The translations under genes were made by a program, and so were the position numbers. DNA of 64,000 nt, from assembly GCA_041749915.1 (NCBI GenBank), contig JBGTAJ010000322.1:7165-71164 (forward strand), in the 5' to 3' direction. The notes below the pieces were generated by a model. That model did no database searches. It was not told the origin of the DNA and was given only the letters and a program-made list of their open reading frames with translations. Shown here one piece after another: positions 7,623 through 17,243 of this stretch; positions within the stretch are counted from its first letter, which is position 1, and each line of letters starts with the position of its first letter. Source of the DNA: Flavobacteriales bacterium. Its GTDB lineage: Bacteria > Bacteroidota > Bacteroidia > Flavobacteriales_F > PHOS-HE28.

Positions 7623-8714
7623 TCAGATGTAGCGGTCGCCGCTTTCGGCCTTCAGGTCGTTGACGAAGCCGCGGATCATCTGCTCGTCCTGCTTTTTGCA
7701 CACCAACAGGGCATCATCGGTGCTCACCACGATGTGGTCGTCAAGGCCCTGCAGCACCATCAAGCGGTCATCGTGGGCGTGCACCACGCTGTTGTGGCAG
7801 TCATAGAGTTTCACATGGTCACCGACCGCCGCATTGCCGCGCTCGTCCTTGGCCAGATGAGTATAGAGGCTGCCCCAGGTGCCCAGGTCGCTCCAGCCGA
7901 AATCGCTCATGACCGTGTAGACGTTGTGCGCCTTCTCCAGCACACCGTAGTCGATGCTGACGTTCTCGCAATCGGCGTAGGTCCCTTCGATGAAGGTGTG
8001 TTCCGCAGGCGTGCCATAGCTGCCCGTGCCCCTCGCGAACTGTGCCTCCATCTCGGGCAGGTGCGTGCGGAAGGCATTGTTGATGCTCTTCAGGCTCCAG
8101 ATGAAGATGCCCGCGTTCCAGAGGAAGTCGCCGCTCTCAATGAACTGGCGCGCGGTATCCAGGTCGGGCTTCTCGGTGAAGGTGCGTACGGGGCGTACAC
8201 GGTGGTGCACCGTGCCTTGCGCGTCGCCGAACTGGATGTACCCATAGCCGGTGTCCGGTCGGCTCGGCATGATCCCCAGGGTCACCAGGCAGTCCTTGCT
8301 ACCGGCCTGTTCCAGACCGATGGCAACCGTCTCCACGAAGGCCTTGCGGTCCATCACCAAGTGGTCGCTGGGGGCCACGATGATGCGTGCCTGTGGATCG
8401 CGGGCAGCGATCACATGGTTCGCGTAGGCGATGCAAGGCGCCGTGTTCCGGCGGCTGGGTTCCTGCAATATCTGTGCGTCGGTGAGCGAGGGCAGTTGCT
8501 CCTTCACGATCGAGGCGTACTGCGCATTGGTCACCACCAGGATGTTCTCCGGCGGGCAGATGTCCAGGAAACGATCGTAGGTCTGTTGCAGAAGCGTGCG
8601 GCCCAGTCCCAGAAAATCCAGGAATTGTTTGGGGTAGGCACTACGGCTCATGGGCCAGAAGCGGCTGCCGACACCGCCGGCCATGATCACGCAGTAAGTA
8701 TGTTCGTTCGTCAT
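7623..8714 (-). CDS. manC: Mannose-1-phosphate guanylyltransferase
   Basis: 363 aa. The N-terminus YCVIMAGGVGSRFWPMSRSAYPKQFL is the nucleotidyltransferase signature of GDP-mannose pyrophosphorylases. Confidence 0.9.
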   Translation of the reverse strand: MTNEHTYCVIMAGGVGSRFWPMSRSAYPKQFLDFLGLGRTLLQQTYDRFLDICPPENILVVTNAQYASIVKEQLPSLTDAQILQEPSRRNTAPCIAYANHVIAARDPQARIIVAPSDHLVMDRKAFVETVAIGLEQAGSKDCLVTLGIMPSRPDTGYGYIQFGDAQGTVHHRVRPVRTFTEKPDLDTARQFIESGDFLWNAGIFIWSLKSINNAFRTHLPEMEAQFARGTGSYGTPAEHTFIEGTYADCENVSIDYGVLEKAHNVYTVMSDFGWSDLGTWGSLYTHLAKDERGNAAVGDHVKLYDCHNSVVHAHDDRLMVLQGLDDHIVVSTDDALLVCKKQDEQMIRGFVNDLKAESGDRYI

Positions 8715-8739
8715 CGGTAGGTCATGGAACAGCCGACCC

Positions 8740-9387
8740 TCAGGACGCTTTACGCGCGATCAACGGGCCGTTCACATGGACCTCGGCCAGAGGGTCGATG
8801 AAATAGATGCGCCTGTCGTTCAGGCAATGGCATTTGTAACGCTTGCGCAACTGCGGCCCCTTCACGAAGATGCGATCGTTGAAGCGGAACACCGTGCGGT
8901 CCGGCAGCTCCTCCAACATGGGACGCGGATCGCGATCGTACTTGCGCAATACGCGCATCAACTGATGGTCCGTGCAACTGCTGGCCGGCGCGTCGTAAAG
9001 GTGATGCTCCAAGGCACGCAGCACATCAGCAGGCAACACTGCACGGCTCATGAAGGGTCGCATCAATCGGTGATACTCCTCCTTCCAGTGTTTGCCATGA
9101 GGGTCCTTCCAACGCTTGGTGCGCGCAACAGTACTGTAGTGCGCGAACTCGTGGATCAAGGTGACCAGGAACGCATACTTGTTCAGGTCGTTGTTCACAG
9201 ACACCCGATGCGGTTGCGTCTTCGTGGCGTTGCGGTAATCGCCCAGCTTGGTGGTGCGCGGCGCCGACACACGAACAAGCACCGGATTGCGCCGCAACCA
9301 TTGTTGCACCACCGGCCATGCTCCGGAAGGGAGATGGCTTCGCAGCAACTCCAGATCGTTGGCGACGAAAGTGGTGGACACAGGCAT
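8740..9387 (-). CDS. SprT-like zinc metalloprotease domain protein
   Basis: 215 aa with the HExxH motif (LIHEFAHY) in a SprT-like context. Confidence 0.75.
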   Translation of the reverse strand: MPVSTTFVANDLELLRSHLPSGAWPVVQQWLRRNPVLVRVSAPRTTKLGDYRNATKTQPHRVSVNNDLNKYAFLVTLIHEFAHYSTVARTKRWKDPHGKHWKEEYHRLMRPFMSRAVLPADVLRALEHHLYDAPASSCTDHQLMRVLRKYDRDPRPMLEELPDRTVFRFNDRIFVKGPQLRKRYKCHCLNDRRIYFIDPLAEVHVNGPLIARKAS

Positions 9388-9399
9388 GGTGGACGGAGG

Positions 9400-9609
9400 T
9401 CAGGCGGGTGGTAAGGTCCCGCTCCTCTGAGGGTGCAAATTAGCATGCGTACCTGAACCCTGCATGACCGGCCGCTGATTCCACTTCGGGCAATCGCATT
9501 CCTTCTTTCTCCGGTACTTGGCAGGCTGGGATGAACAACCTGCCAAAATGGCCGAAAGCAACATCAGGCCTACGAGCAGGGTGTGCCAACGGAGAATTGA
9601 AGCATACAT
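9400..9609 (-). CDS. Small putative lipoprotein
   Basis: An internal ATG at 9609 gives MYASILRWHTLLVGLMLLSAILAGC, a signal peptide plus LAGC lipobox. A basic KYRRKKECDCPKWN segment follows. The track's longer N-terminus is Arg/Ser-rich and implausible. Confidence 0.5.
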   Translation of the reverse strand: MYASILRWHTLLVGLMLLSAILAGCSSQPAKYRRKKECDCPKWNQRPVMQGSGTHANLHPQRSGTLPPA

Positions 9610-9703
9610 GATGATGCAAAGGTAGAAGCTTGATCGGGTGGCCCGGTCGGGTAGGGGGCCACTGGTTCGATGCGAAGGCGCTACTTTCGCACGGGACCGG
9701 GAA

Positions 9704-10444
9704 ATGACCATTCTTCTTCATATCGGGCGCTATTTCCTGCTTCTGCGGGATACCCTGAGCCGACCCGAGCGGATGAGCCTCTATTGGCGCCGGACTTTGG
9801 AGGAGATGGACCTTCTGGGGGTCAACAGCATGGGTATCGTGGCCCTCCTGTCGGTCTTCATGGGGGCGGTCATCACCATCCAGACCACCTCGAACATCGA
9901 TTCGGCCTGGATCCCCGCCTATGTAGTGGGTTTCACCACCCGCCAGAGCACCATTCTGGAGTTCAGCCCCACGATCATCTCCCTGATCCTGGCCGGCAAG
10001 GTGGGATCCAACATCGCTGCCGAGATCGGCTCCATGCGCGTGAAGGAGCAGATCGATGCCCTGGACATCATGGGCGTCAACTCGGCGGGCTACCTCATCC
10101 TGCCCAAGATCGTGGCGTCCGTGATCATGAACCCCTTCCTGATCATCATCAGCATGTTCCTCAGCATCTTCGGTGGCTGGCTGGCCGGTGTGGGAACGGG
10201 GATCATCAGCTCCGAGGCCTTCATCGAGGGGATCCAGTACAGTTTCGATCCCTACACGGTCACCTATGCCCTGATCAAGACGGTGGTCTTCGCCTTCATC
10301 ATCACCACCATTTCGGCCTACCAGGGGTACTACACCAAGGGTGGCACCCGGGAGGTGGGCATCAGTAGTACGCGTGCCGTGGTCTACAGTGATGTGGTGA
10401 TCCTGATCACCAACTATGCGCTGACCCAATTGCTGCTGATATGA
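9704..10444 (+). CDS. MlaE-family ABC transporter permease
   Basis: Start at MTILLHIGRYF (ATG 9704). The motifs GSMRVKEQIDALDIMGVN and TKGGTREVG are characteristic of MlaE/TTG2B permeases. Confidence 0.9.
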   Translation: MTILLHIGRYFLLLRDTLSRPERMSLYWRRTLEEMDLLGVNSMGIVALLSVFMGAVITIQTTSNIDSAWIPAYVVGFTTRQSTILEFSPTIISLILAGKVGSNIAAEIGSMRVKEQIDALDIMGVNSAGYLILPKIVASVIMNPFLIIISMFLSIFGGWLAGVGTGIISSEAFIEGIQYSFDPYTVTYALIKTVVFAFIITTISAYQGYYTKGGTREVGISSTRAVVYSDVVILITNYALTQLLLI

Positions 10445-11205
10445 TCGAGGTACAGGGTCTGAGCAAGCGTTTCGGTGATGTGCAGGTGTTGACGGACATC
10501 AACGCCACCTTCTCCAAAGGGCTCGTGAACCAGATCATCGGTATGAGCGGTTCGGGAAAGAGCGTGCTGGCCAAATGCATGGTGGGGCTGCACAAGCCCG
10601 AGGAAGGGAAGGTCCTGTACGAAGGACGCTCGTTCCACGACATGGACATCGAGGAGAAGCGGGGCATCCGGCAGGAGATCGGCATGCTCTTTCAAGGTGC
10701 CGCGCTGTTCGACAGCATGAGCGTGCTGGAGAACGTGATGTTCCCGCTGAAGATGTTCTCCGATATGCCGCGGAGCGAGATGCAGGACCGTGCGCATGTC
10801 TGTCTGGACCGCGTGAACATCGTGGACAAGGACAGCCTGTTCCCAGCCGAGCTCAGCGGTGGCATGCAAAAGCGGGTGGGCATCGCCCGGGCCATCGCCA
10901 TGAACCCGAAGTACCTGTTCTGCGATGAGCCCAACAGTGGCCTGGACCCCCAGACCAGCATCGTGATCGATGAACTGATCAAAGAGCTCACCCAGGAGTT
11001 CGACACCACCACCATCGTCATCACCCACGACATGAACTCGGTCATGGAGACGGGTGAGAACATCGTCTTTGTGCATAAGGGTCGGATGTGGTGGTCAGGT
11101 ACCCGCGAGGAATTGCTGAACAGCGATAACGCCGAGCTCAATGACTTCATCTTCGCCAGCGAGATGATGCGCATCGTGAAGCGTTCCCTGTCAGGTAAGG
11201 CGTGA
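10441..11205 (+). CDS. ABC transporter ATP-binding protein (MlaF-like)
   Basis: It has Walker A GMSGSGKS, signature LSGGMQKR and Walker B LFCDEP. A 4-nt ATGA overlap couples it to the upstream permease. Confidence 0.9.
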   Translation: MIEVQGLSKRFGDVQVLTDINATFSKGLVNQIIGMSGSGKSVLAKCMVGLHKPEEGKVLYEGRSFHDMDIEEKRGIRQEIGMLFQGAALFDSMSVLENVMFPLKMFSDMPRSEMQDRAHVCLDRVNIVDKDSLFPAELSGGMQKRVGIARAIAMNPKYLFCDEPNSGLDPQTSIVIDELIKELTQEFDTTTIVITHDMNSVMETGENIVFVHKGRMWWSGTREELLNSDNAELNDFIFASEMMRIVKRSLSGKA

Positions 11206-11250
11206 AAGGGACGCTGCTCAGCGGCCCATTGAACAACACATACGGGAATG

Positions 11251-11291
11251 AAAAAGCCCCCCAACAGCCAACCGGCCGTGGGGGGCTTTTC
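11251..11291. terminator. Bidirectional rho-independent terminator between the convergent ABC ATPase and T9SS paralogue 1 genes
   Basis: AAAAAGCCCCCC (11251-11262) pairs with GGGGGGCTTTT (11280-11290). A-runs and T-runs flank it on both sides. Confidence 0.75.
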
Positions 11292-11302
11292 GATTGAATA
11301 AC

Positions 11303-13099
11303 TTACTGGAGCGTTACGCGCTCGGTCAGGGTGCCACGCTCGTTGTAGATACGAACGGTGTAAACGCCCTTGGCCAGTTCGCTGAGGTCCATGGTGCTCG
11401 TGCCATTGATGCGGGCAGTGCGCACCAGCTCACCGGTCACGTTCATCACGTCCACGTTGAAGACCTCGTTCTCCGACGTGCGGATGTTCACCAGGCCGTT
11501 CGTCGGGTTCGGGAACATGCTCACACCCTCCAGGGCGTTGTTCTCACCCACGCTGATCTGGATCGGCTCGGTGATCAGACGTACGGCAGATGCCTCTCCA
11601 TTGGTGAACAGATCATCGTTCGGTATGTAGATCAGGCTGGCTCCACCGGGCTGGGGAACGGTCTGGTCATCCAATACGCGGATGGTGCCTGCTCCGGCAT
11701 TGCTGTTCAGGATGGCGTTGGCGTAGTAGCCACCAGGCTGAAGCGTGAAGGACGAGTTGAACAGGATGCGGATGGCCCCGTTGTTCAGGTCGCTCTGCAC
11801 CAGGTCATAGGTCTCGCTCTCCACAACAGGGTTGTTCAAGATCGGCGTGGCAGCGAACACATCTGCGGTGTCCAGAATGTTGGCCACGATGAAACCACCG
11901 AGCACAGTACCGTTGGCAGGGATGATCTCGATGCCGTACACTTCCAATGGGGCAATCACTTCATAGTATGTCATCACTTGCAGACCATCCTCTGCTCCTT
12001 CGAAGCTGTTGGTGCCCAGGGAATTCAGCACCTCGTAACCTTCGGGGTGGTTGTCGATGCCATCCAGTGAATAACGGTCCTCAGAGATCGCAAAAGCACG
12101 CAGGAACACGTTGTTCGCCAGGTTGGCGTCCTGGTCATCCTCAGCGCTGGTGGCCGTGTAGGTGGCCGTATATACACCTGTAGCCAATGTGGGCAGGGTG
12201 AGGTCTTCCTCCAAGGCTCCGGTAGCGCCGGAAGCCAGACTGGCCACCGTGGTGGATGAGGAGAAGACCAGATCGTTCGCAGCGTTGCGGACCTCCATCA
12301 CCACGTTCACATCAGTGAGCTCACTGGCGCCATTGTTCAGGAAGGTGCCACCCACCAGCATGGTGGGGTTCAGCTGGTTGGCGGGGATGCGGCCATACTC
12401 CTCACCGGTGCCGGTGTGGGTCAGGTAACCGTCCACCATCACCAGGTCGTAGGGGACCTGTTCAGCGAGGCAGACATCGTCCACCATCCAAGCGTAATCA
12501 CAACCACCCACATAGCGGAAGCGCACCCAAACGGAACCTTGGTTCCCCGCAGTGGCCGAAATGTTCAGCTCGAACAATTGTGGGTTGGCGGTAAAGGCGT
12601 TCACAGCCACATTCTCGTTCACGGCGTATTCCGTCCACGTGCTTCCGTCGTTACTGACGTCCACGAAGCAGAAGCCCTGGAAGGCACGATAGTATTGCTC
12701 GAACTGCAGCACCACGTTGTTGATACCCTGCAGATCGACAGGGGTGGCCATCTGAACGAAGGCGTTCTGGCTGCCGCTGCACAGCAGGTCACTGTCGAAC
12801 AGTGCGAAGCCGTTGGCAGCGGTGGTGGAGGCGATACCGGGGATGTCGAACGGCCCTGAAGGTACAGTTGTCCCGATCACCCAGCTATCCGTGGTGCCGT
12901 CCAAGGTGCCGAGCTCCCAGTTCGCAGCGTTGGAGAAATCATCGCACCAGATCGTGCTGCCACGCTCGGAGCTTGGGGTGGCCACCCGGTCCAGGGTGGG
13001 CTTGTAGCGGTATTCCAGCGGAAGCTGGCTCTTGGACTGCGCCATCACACCGGTTCCGGTGATCAGGAGGCCCAAGGCGGCGGAGTAAACTTTTTTCAT
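11303..13099 (-). CDS. Secreted T9SS cargo protein, paralogue 1 (MAM/choice-of-anchor-J-like N-domain, T9SS C-terminal sorting domain)
   Basis: It has the signal peptide MKKVYSAALGLLITGTGVMAQ and the shared family motif YLTHTGTGEEYGRIP. The C-terminus FPNPTNGLVNIRT...AKGVYTVRIYNERGTLTERVTLQ is a typical type-A T9SS CTD. Confidence 0.85.
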   Translation of the reverse strand: MKKVYSAALGLLITGTGVMAQSKSQLPLEYRYKPTLDRVATPSSERGSTIWCDDFSNAANWELGTLDGTTDSWVIGTTVPSGPFDIPGIASTTAANGFALFDSDLLCSGSQNAFVQMATPVDLQGINNVVLQFEQYYRAFQGFCFVDVSNDGSTWTEYAVNENVAVNAFTANPQLFELNISATAGNQGSVWVRFRYVGGCDYAWMVDDVCLAEQVPYDLVMVDGYLTHTGTGEEYGRIPANQLNPTMLVGGTFLNNGASELTDVNVVMEVRNAANDLVFSSSTTVASLASGATGALEEDLTLPTLATGVYTATYTATSAEDDQDANLANNVFLRAFAISEDRYSLDGIDNHPEGYEVLNSLGTNSFEGAEDGLQVMTYYEVIAPLEVYGIEIIPANGTVLGGFIVANILDTADVFAATPILNNPVVESETYDLVQSDLNNGAIRILFNSSFTLQPGGYYANAILNSNAGAGTIRVLDDQTVPQPGGASLIYIPNDDLFTNGEASAVRLITEPIQISVGENNALEGVSMFPNPTNGLVNIRTSENEVFNVDVMNVTGELVRTARINGTSTMDLSELAKGVYTVRIYNERGTLTERVTLQ

Positions 13100-13230
13100 G
13101 GGAATAGAGTTCGTTTTGTTGGTCAGATCTCGGGGAAAGATAACCGATCGGCACGCTTTTCCGGCGCAGAGGAGTTACCGTTCCTTGCTCCGAAGCACCT
13201 TTCCTACAGCACCTGTGTGTGTAAATGCAC

Positions 13231-13268
13231 GAAGCCCGATCGGGCGGCGGACCGCTCGATCGGGCTTC
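13231..13268 (-). terminator. Hairpin terminator after T9SS paralogue 2
   Basis: There is a perfect 12-bp stem, GAAGCCCGATCG (13231-13242) with CGATCGGGCTTC (13257-13268), 17 nt after the stop codon. The U-tract is weak. Confidence 0.55.
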
Positions 13269-13284
13269 ATGCATTGCGTTCAGC

Positions 13285-15069
13285 TTACTGTAGCGTGATG
13301 CGCTGGGCCGAACTTCCGTTCGTCCCCACCACACGCAGGGTGTATACCCCCTTGGCAAGTCCGCTCAGGTCGATCGTATTGGAACCCTGCACCGTGCTGT
13401 TGTGCACGAGCTCCCCCGCCACGTTCAGGACCTCCACCACCTGGGTGTCGTTCCCGGCCACCCGGATGTTCACCAGACCGGTGCTCGGGTTCGGGAAGAT
13501 CTGGGCCAGCGGGTTCGCTGCCGTTTCGCTCACACTGATGTTGATGGGCTCGGTGAGCAGACGGATCGCCAAGGCGTTGCCGTTGGAGAACACCTGGTCG
13601 TTCGGGATGAAGATGGCGCTGGCCACGTTGGGCTGGGGCACCGTCAGGTCGTCCACCACACGGATATGACCGGCTCCAGCGTTGCTGTTCATGGTCACAG
13701 CCGCGTAGTAGCCACCGGGTTGTACGGTGGTTACGTTCGGGAACAGCACCTGCACCACACCCGAGGAGATATTGTCCGCATTGATGTCGAAAGCATCACT
13801 TTCAACTACAGGGTTGCTGAACAACGGCACAGCCGCGAACACATCAGCCGTGTCAAGGATGCTCGTCGTCACGAAACCGCCCGTTACGGTGGTGGACGTG
13901 ATCAGGAATTCGATGCCGTACACTTCCACCGGCTCGATCACCTCATAGTAGGTCATCACTACGAGGCCGTCCTCACCACCGTCGAAGGAATTGGTGCCCA
14001 GCGAACCCAGCAACTGTGTGCCGGCCGGGTGCAGATCCACGGCATCCAGCGAGTAGCGTCCGCTGTTCACTTCGAACACGCGCACCTTGGCGTTGTTGGC
14101 CGTGTTGGCATCGCTGGCCTGTTGGTCGCTCGTCACGGAAAGCGTGGCGGTGTACAGTGCATCGTCCAATGCTGGCAGTGTCACGAACTGCTCCATGAAG
14201 AAGGACGTGTTGGCGGCCAGGCTACCGATGTTCGTGGTGGCAGTGAAGGCCACTACGTCATCGGGGTTCCGCACTTCCATGGTGGCGACCACGTTGGTCT
14301 GTTCCTGCGAACCGTCGTTCTTCAGTTCACCGCCCACCAGCATGGTGTTGCCCAGCTGCGATGCAGGGATCCGGCCGTACTCCTCACCGGTGCCGGTGTG
14401 GCTCAGGAAGGCGCTCACGGCGATCATGTCGAACTGGAACTGTTCTACGATGGCGATGTTGTCCACCTGCCAACCGTAGTCCCAGCTGGCCTCGTAGCGG
14501 AAACGGAGCTGCACGTTGGCAGGGTTCACGGCCACCCAGTCGGTAATGCTCACTTCCACCACTTCTGGGTTCGGGCGGCCTTCGCGGCCAACTCCGTCGT
14601 TGATCTCCACTTCGTTCCAAGTGGTGCCGCCGTCGGTGCTCACGCCCACGAAAGTGGCATCGGCCTGAAACTCCTGGAAATATTGGTCGAAACGCACGCG
14701 CAGGTTGGTCGGGGCGCTGGACAGGTCGATGACGGGAGAGATCAGCGAGGCATTGGTCTGCTGGCCGCTGGTTCCATCGAAGTCATCGTCAATGATGGCC
14801 CAACCGCTCGGTGTACTGGTGTTCAGCGGTGGTACTGGGTAGGTGGATGACGTGGTACCTGGACCGACATCCGTCCACTTCCAGTCCACCACACCCACTT
14901 CGGTCACGGAAGACCATCCGTTCAGGTCAGCATCGAAGGACTCGGAATAGAAGGAAACACCTTTCTGGTGCGTGTTGGCCGCATTCGTGGCGGTTCCGTG
15001 CGTCCGCAACTGTTGGGCGAAGGCAAAAGCGGGTAGGGCAAGGGCAACTACAGCGTAGATCTTTTTCAT
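13285..15069 (-). CDS. Secreted T9SS cargo protein, paralogue 2
   Basis: It has the signal peptide MKKIYAVVALALPAFAFAQ and motif LSHTGTGEEYGRIP. It is collinear with paralogues 1 and 3 over its full length. CTD: FPNPSTGLVNIRV...AKGVYTLRVVGTNGSSAQRITLQ. Confidence 0.85.
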   Translation of the reverse strand: MKKIYAVVALALPAFAFAQQLRTHGTATNAANTHQKGVSFYSESFDADLNGWSSVTEVGVVDWKWTDVGPGTTSSTYPVPPLNTSTPSGWAIIDDDFDGTSGQQTNASLISPVIDLSSAPTNLRVRFDQYFQEFQADATFVGVSTDGGTTWNEVEINDGVGREGRPNPEVVEVSITDWVAVNPANVQLRFRYEASWDYGWQVDNIAIVEQFQFDMIAVSAFLSHTGTGEEYGRIPASQLGNTMLVGGELKNDGSQEQTNVVATMEVRNPDDVVAFTATTNIGSLAANTSFFMEQFVTLPALDDALYTATLSVTSDQQASDANTANNAKVRVFEVNSGRYSLDAVDLHPAGTQLLGSLGTNSFDGGEDGLVVMTYYEVIEPVEVYGIEFLITSTTVTGGFVTTSILDTADVFAAVPLFSNPVVESDAFDINADNISSGVVQVLFPNVTTVQPGGYYAAVTMNSNAGAGHIRVVDDLTVPQPNVASAIFIPNDQVFSNGNALAIRLLTEPINISVSETAANPLAQIFPNPSTGLVNIRVAGNDTQVVEVLNVAGELVHNSTVQGSNTIDLSGLAKGVYTLRVVGTNGSSAQRITLQ

Positions 15070-15189
15070 GCTTGAGAGGGATTGGAGTGACGAATATAGA
15101 TCTCTCCTTCACTGTCCCCGCTGCAAATACCACGGTCGTTCACCACGGAATGAACTGTTGAGCGCTGTTTCGGCATGTTGTCCCTCACG

Positions 15190-15225
15190 AAAAAGCCCCC
15201 GACACCAGATGGTGCCGGGGGCTTT
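15190..15225 (-). terminator. Rho-independent terminator after T9SS paralogue 3
   Basis: AAAGCCCCCGACACC (15192-15206) pairs with GGTGCCGGGGGCTTT (15211-15225), with 1 mismatch. On the minus strand it is followed by TTTTT. Confidence 0.7.
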
Positions 15226-15243
15226 CATGTCGATCGTTCAGGA

Positions 15244-17109
15244 TCACTGCAGCGTGATACGCTCCACCATGCTGCCTTCAGCATTATAGACGCGCACCAT
15301 GTACACACCCTTCGCTTCGCCGTTCAGGTCGAGCGTGGTGCTGCCGTTGAAAGTGCCTTGGTTCACCACCTCGCCGAGGAGGTTGGTCACTTCCACATTG
15401 TACATACCGGCATTCTCGGTACGCACGTTCACCAGACCGTTGGTCGGGTTCGGGAACAGGCTCACACCGGTGAGCACCTCGGACTCCTCCACTTCAGAGG
15501 TCAGCGAAAGCACCAAGCGGATGGACATGCCATTTCCGTTCGTGTACACTTGATCACCAGGGATGTAGATCAGCGTCATGGCGTTCGGCTGTGGAACCGT
15601 GGCGTCATCCAGGATACGGATCTGGCCTGCGTTCTGGTTGCTGAAGAGGGTCACAGCAGCGTAGTAACCGTTGGGGCTCAAGGTCACAGCGTTCGGGAAC
15701 AGCACCCGTACACGTCCGTCGGCAACGTTCTCAGGGGTGATATCCCAAGCATCGCTCTCCACGATGGGGTTCGTCACCACATCATTGAATACGTCTACAG
15801 TGTCCAAGAGGCTCACGGTGACATATCCACCGGTCACGGTGGTGGTGGTGGTCAGGAAATCGATGCCGTAGACGGTCAGCGGTTCGACCACCTCATAGTA
15901 GTTCATGATCGCCAAGCCATCTGCAGCATCGGTGAAGCTGTTGGTGCCGATGGAGCTCAGGACCTGATAACCTTCCGGGTGGTTGCCGATACCGTCAACC
16001 GTGTAGAAGTCATCGTTCACCTCAAAGCGACGCAGGAAGGTGTTGTCCGATGGGTCATCATCTGTGGCATCAGCACTTACGGTAAAGGTCGCCGTATACA
16101 GATCGTTCGCCAAAGAAGGAAGTGTCACGAATTCCTCGAGGGCATCCGTTGCACCGGAAGCAAGGGCCGGGATGTTCTTCACAGCCGTGAACACCTCGGT
16201 GCCACCGCTGCCGGTCACGCTCATGTTGATGACCACGTTGGTCTGCTCCACACTGCCCGAGTTGGTGATGCCACCGCCCACCAGCATGGTGGCGTTCAGT
16301 TGTGCCGTAGGGATGCGGCCGTACTCTTCACCTGTGCCGGTGTGGGTCAGGTAGCCGTCCTCCATGGTCAGGTTGTTCGGGAACAACTCCACCACTTCAA
16401 CGTCATCGATCTGCCAGTGGTAGTGCGATGCCGTGGGGCTGTGCTTGAACCGGAACTTCACATTCCCGGCATTGCCGGCAATGGCGCTGCTGATGTTGAC
16501 GCGGGTCTCCTGGGTGCCGCTGTCATCATTGGCATTGAAGATGCCCGATGTGGGGAAGGTGATGGGCCATGAAGCACCACCGTCCAAGCTCAACTCGAGC
16601 GAGTGCGGGGAGGCGGCCTGGCAGCACCAACGGAAACGCTGGGAGAACTTGATCTCCACGAAGGGTGAAGCACTGAGGTCCAGAACAGGGGATTCCAACG
16701 CGGCATCCCATTCCGTTGGGGAAGGAACGATCACGGGAGGGGTGACGCTGAAATCCGCGTTGGCGGAATCGCCGGCGAAGATCATGAAACCGTTGGCCAC
16801 CGTGGGCGAGGCGATTCGCTGACCCGTGTTCGAGAATGCACCGGTAGGGCCGTACAAGGTGAAGCGCCAGATGCCGGCATGTTCACCGGATGGGGTCCAT
16901 TCGCCGATACCGTTGTTACCGGCCAATCCGTTCGAGAAATCCTCGGAGAACACCACATCCCGCTGGGCACCATTGGCCTGGCTTGACGTGTTGCGCACAC
17001 CGAAACTGTCGTCGTTCTTCTGCAGACGAGCAGGGAATGGGCTCGCCTGCTGTGCCATGCAGGTGCCCGCGATGGCCGTAGCCAAGATCAGGGAGTAGCG
17101 TTTGTTCAT
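15244..17109 (-). CDS. Secreted T9SS cargo protein, paralogue 3
   Basis: Start at MNKRYSLILATAIAGTCMAQ (ATG 17109..17107). It has motif YLTHTGTGEEYGRIP. CTD: FPNPTNGLVNVRT...AKGVYMVRVYNAEGSMVERITLQ. Confidence 0.85.
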   Translation of the reverse strand: MNKRYSLILATAIAGTCMAQQASPFPARLQKNDDSFGVRNTSSQANGAQRDVVFSEDFSNGLAGNNGIGEWTPSGEHAGIWRFTLYGPTGAFSNTGQRIASPTVANGFMIFAGDSANADFSVTPPVIVPSPTEWDAALESPVLDLSASPFVEIKFSQRFRWCCQAASPHSLELSLDGGASWPITFPTSGIFNANDDSGTQETRVNISSAIAGNAGNVKFRFKHSPTASHYHWQIDDVEVVELFPNNLTMEDGYLTHTGTGEEYGRIPTAQLNATMLVGGGITNSGSVEQTNVVINMSVTGSGGTEVFTAVKNIPALASGATDALEEFVTLPSLANDLYTATFTVSADATDDDPSDNTFLRRFEVNDDFYTVDGIGNHPEGYQVLSSIGTNSFTDAADGLAIMNYYEVVEPLTVYGIDFLTTTTTVTGGYVTVSLLDTVDVFNDVVTNPIVESDAWDITPENVADGRVRVLFPNAVTLSPNGYYAAVTLFSNQNAGQIRILDDATVPQPNAMTLIYIPGDQVYTNGNGMSIRLVLSLTSEVEESEVLTGVSLFPNPTNGLVNVRTENAGMYNVEVTNLLGEVVNQGTFNGSTTLDLNGEAKGVYMVRVYNAEGSMVERITLQ

Positions 17110-17243
17110 TGTTCGCTGGGTTTTTCCGTTAGATGGAGAGCCGAAGTTAGGAGTTTCCTGTGATGGTCCGTTCAGGGCAGGATGAAATGAGAGCCACGAT
17201 CGGTCGACAGAGAAATGGTGTTGCTTGTGATCCTGAGGGCCGC

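Noticed and set aside
13402-16572. Long + strand ORFs (482 aa and 465 aa) opposite T9SS paralogues 2 and 3.
   Set aside because: They are antisense artefacts. The minus-strand products have signal peptides, conserved family motifs and T9SS CTDs.
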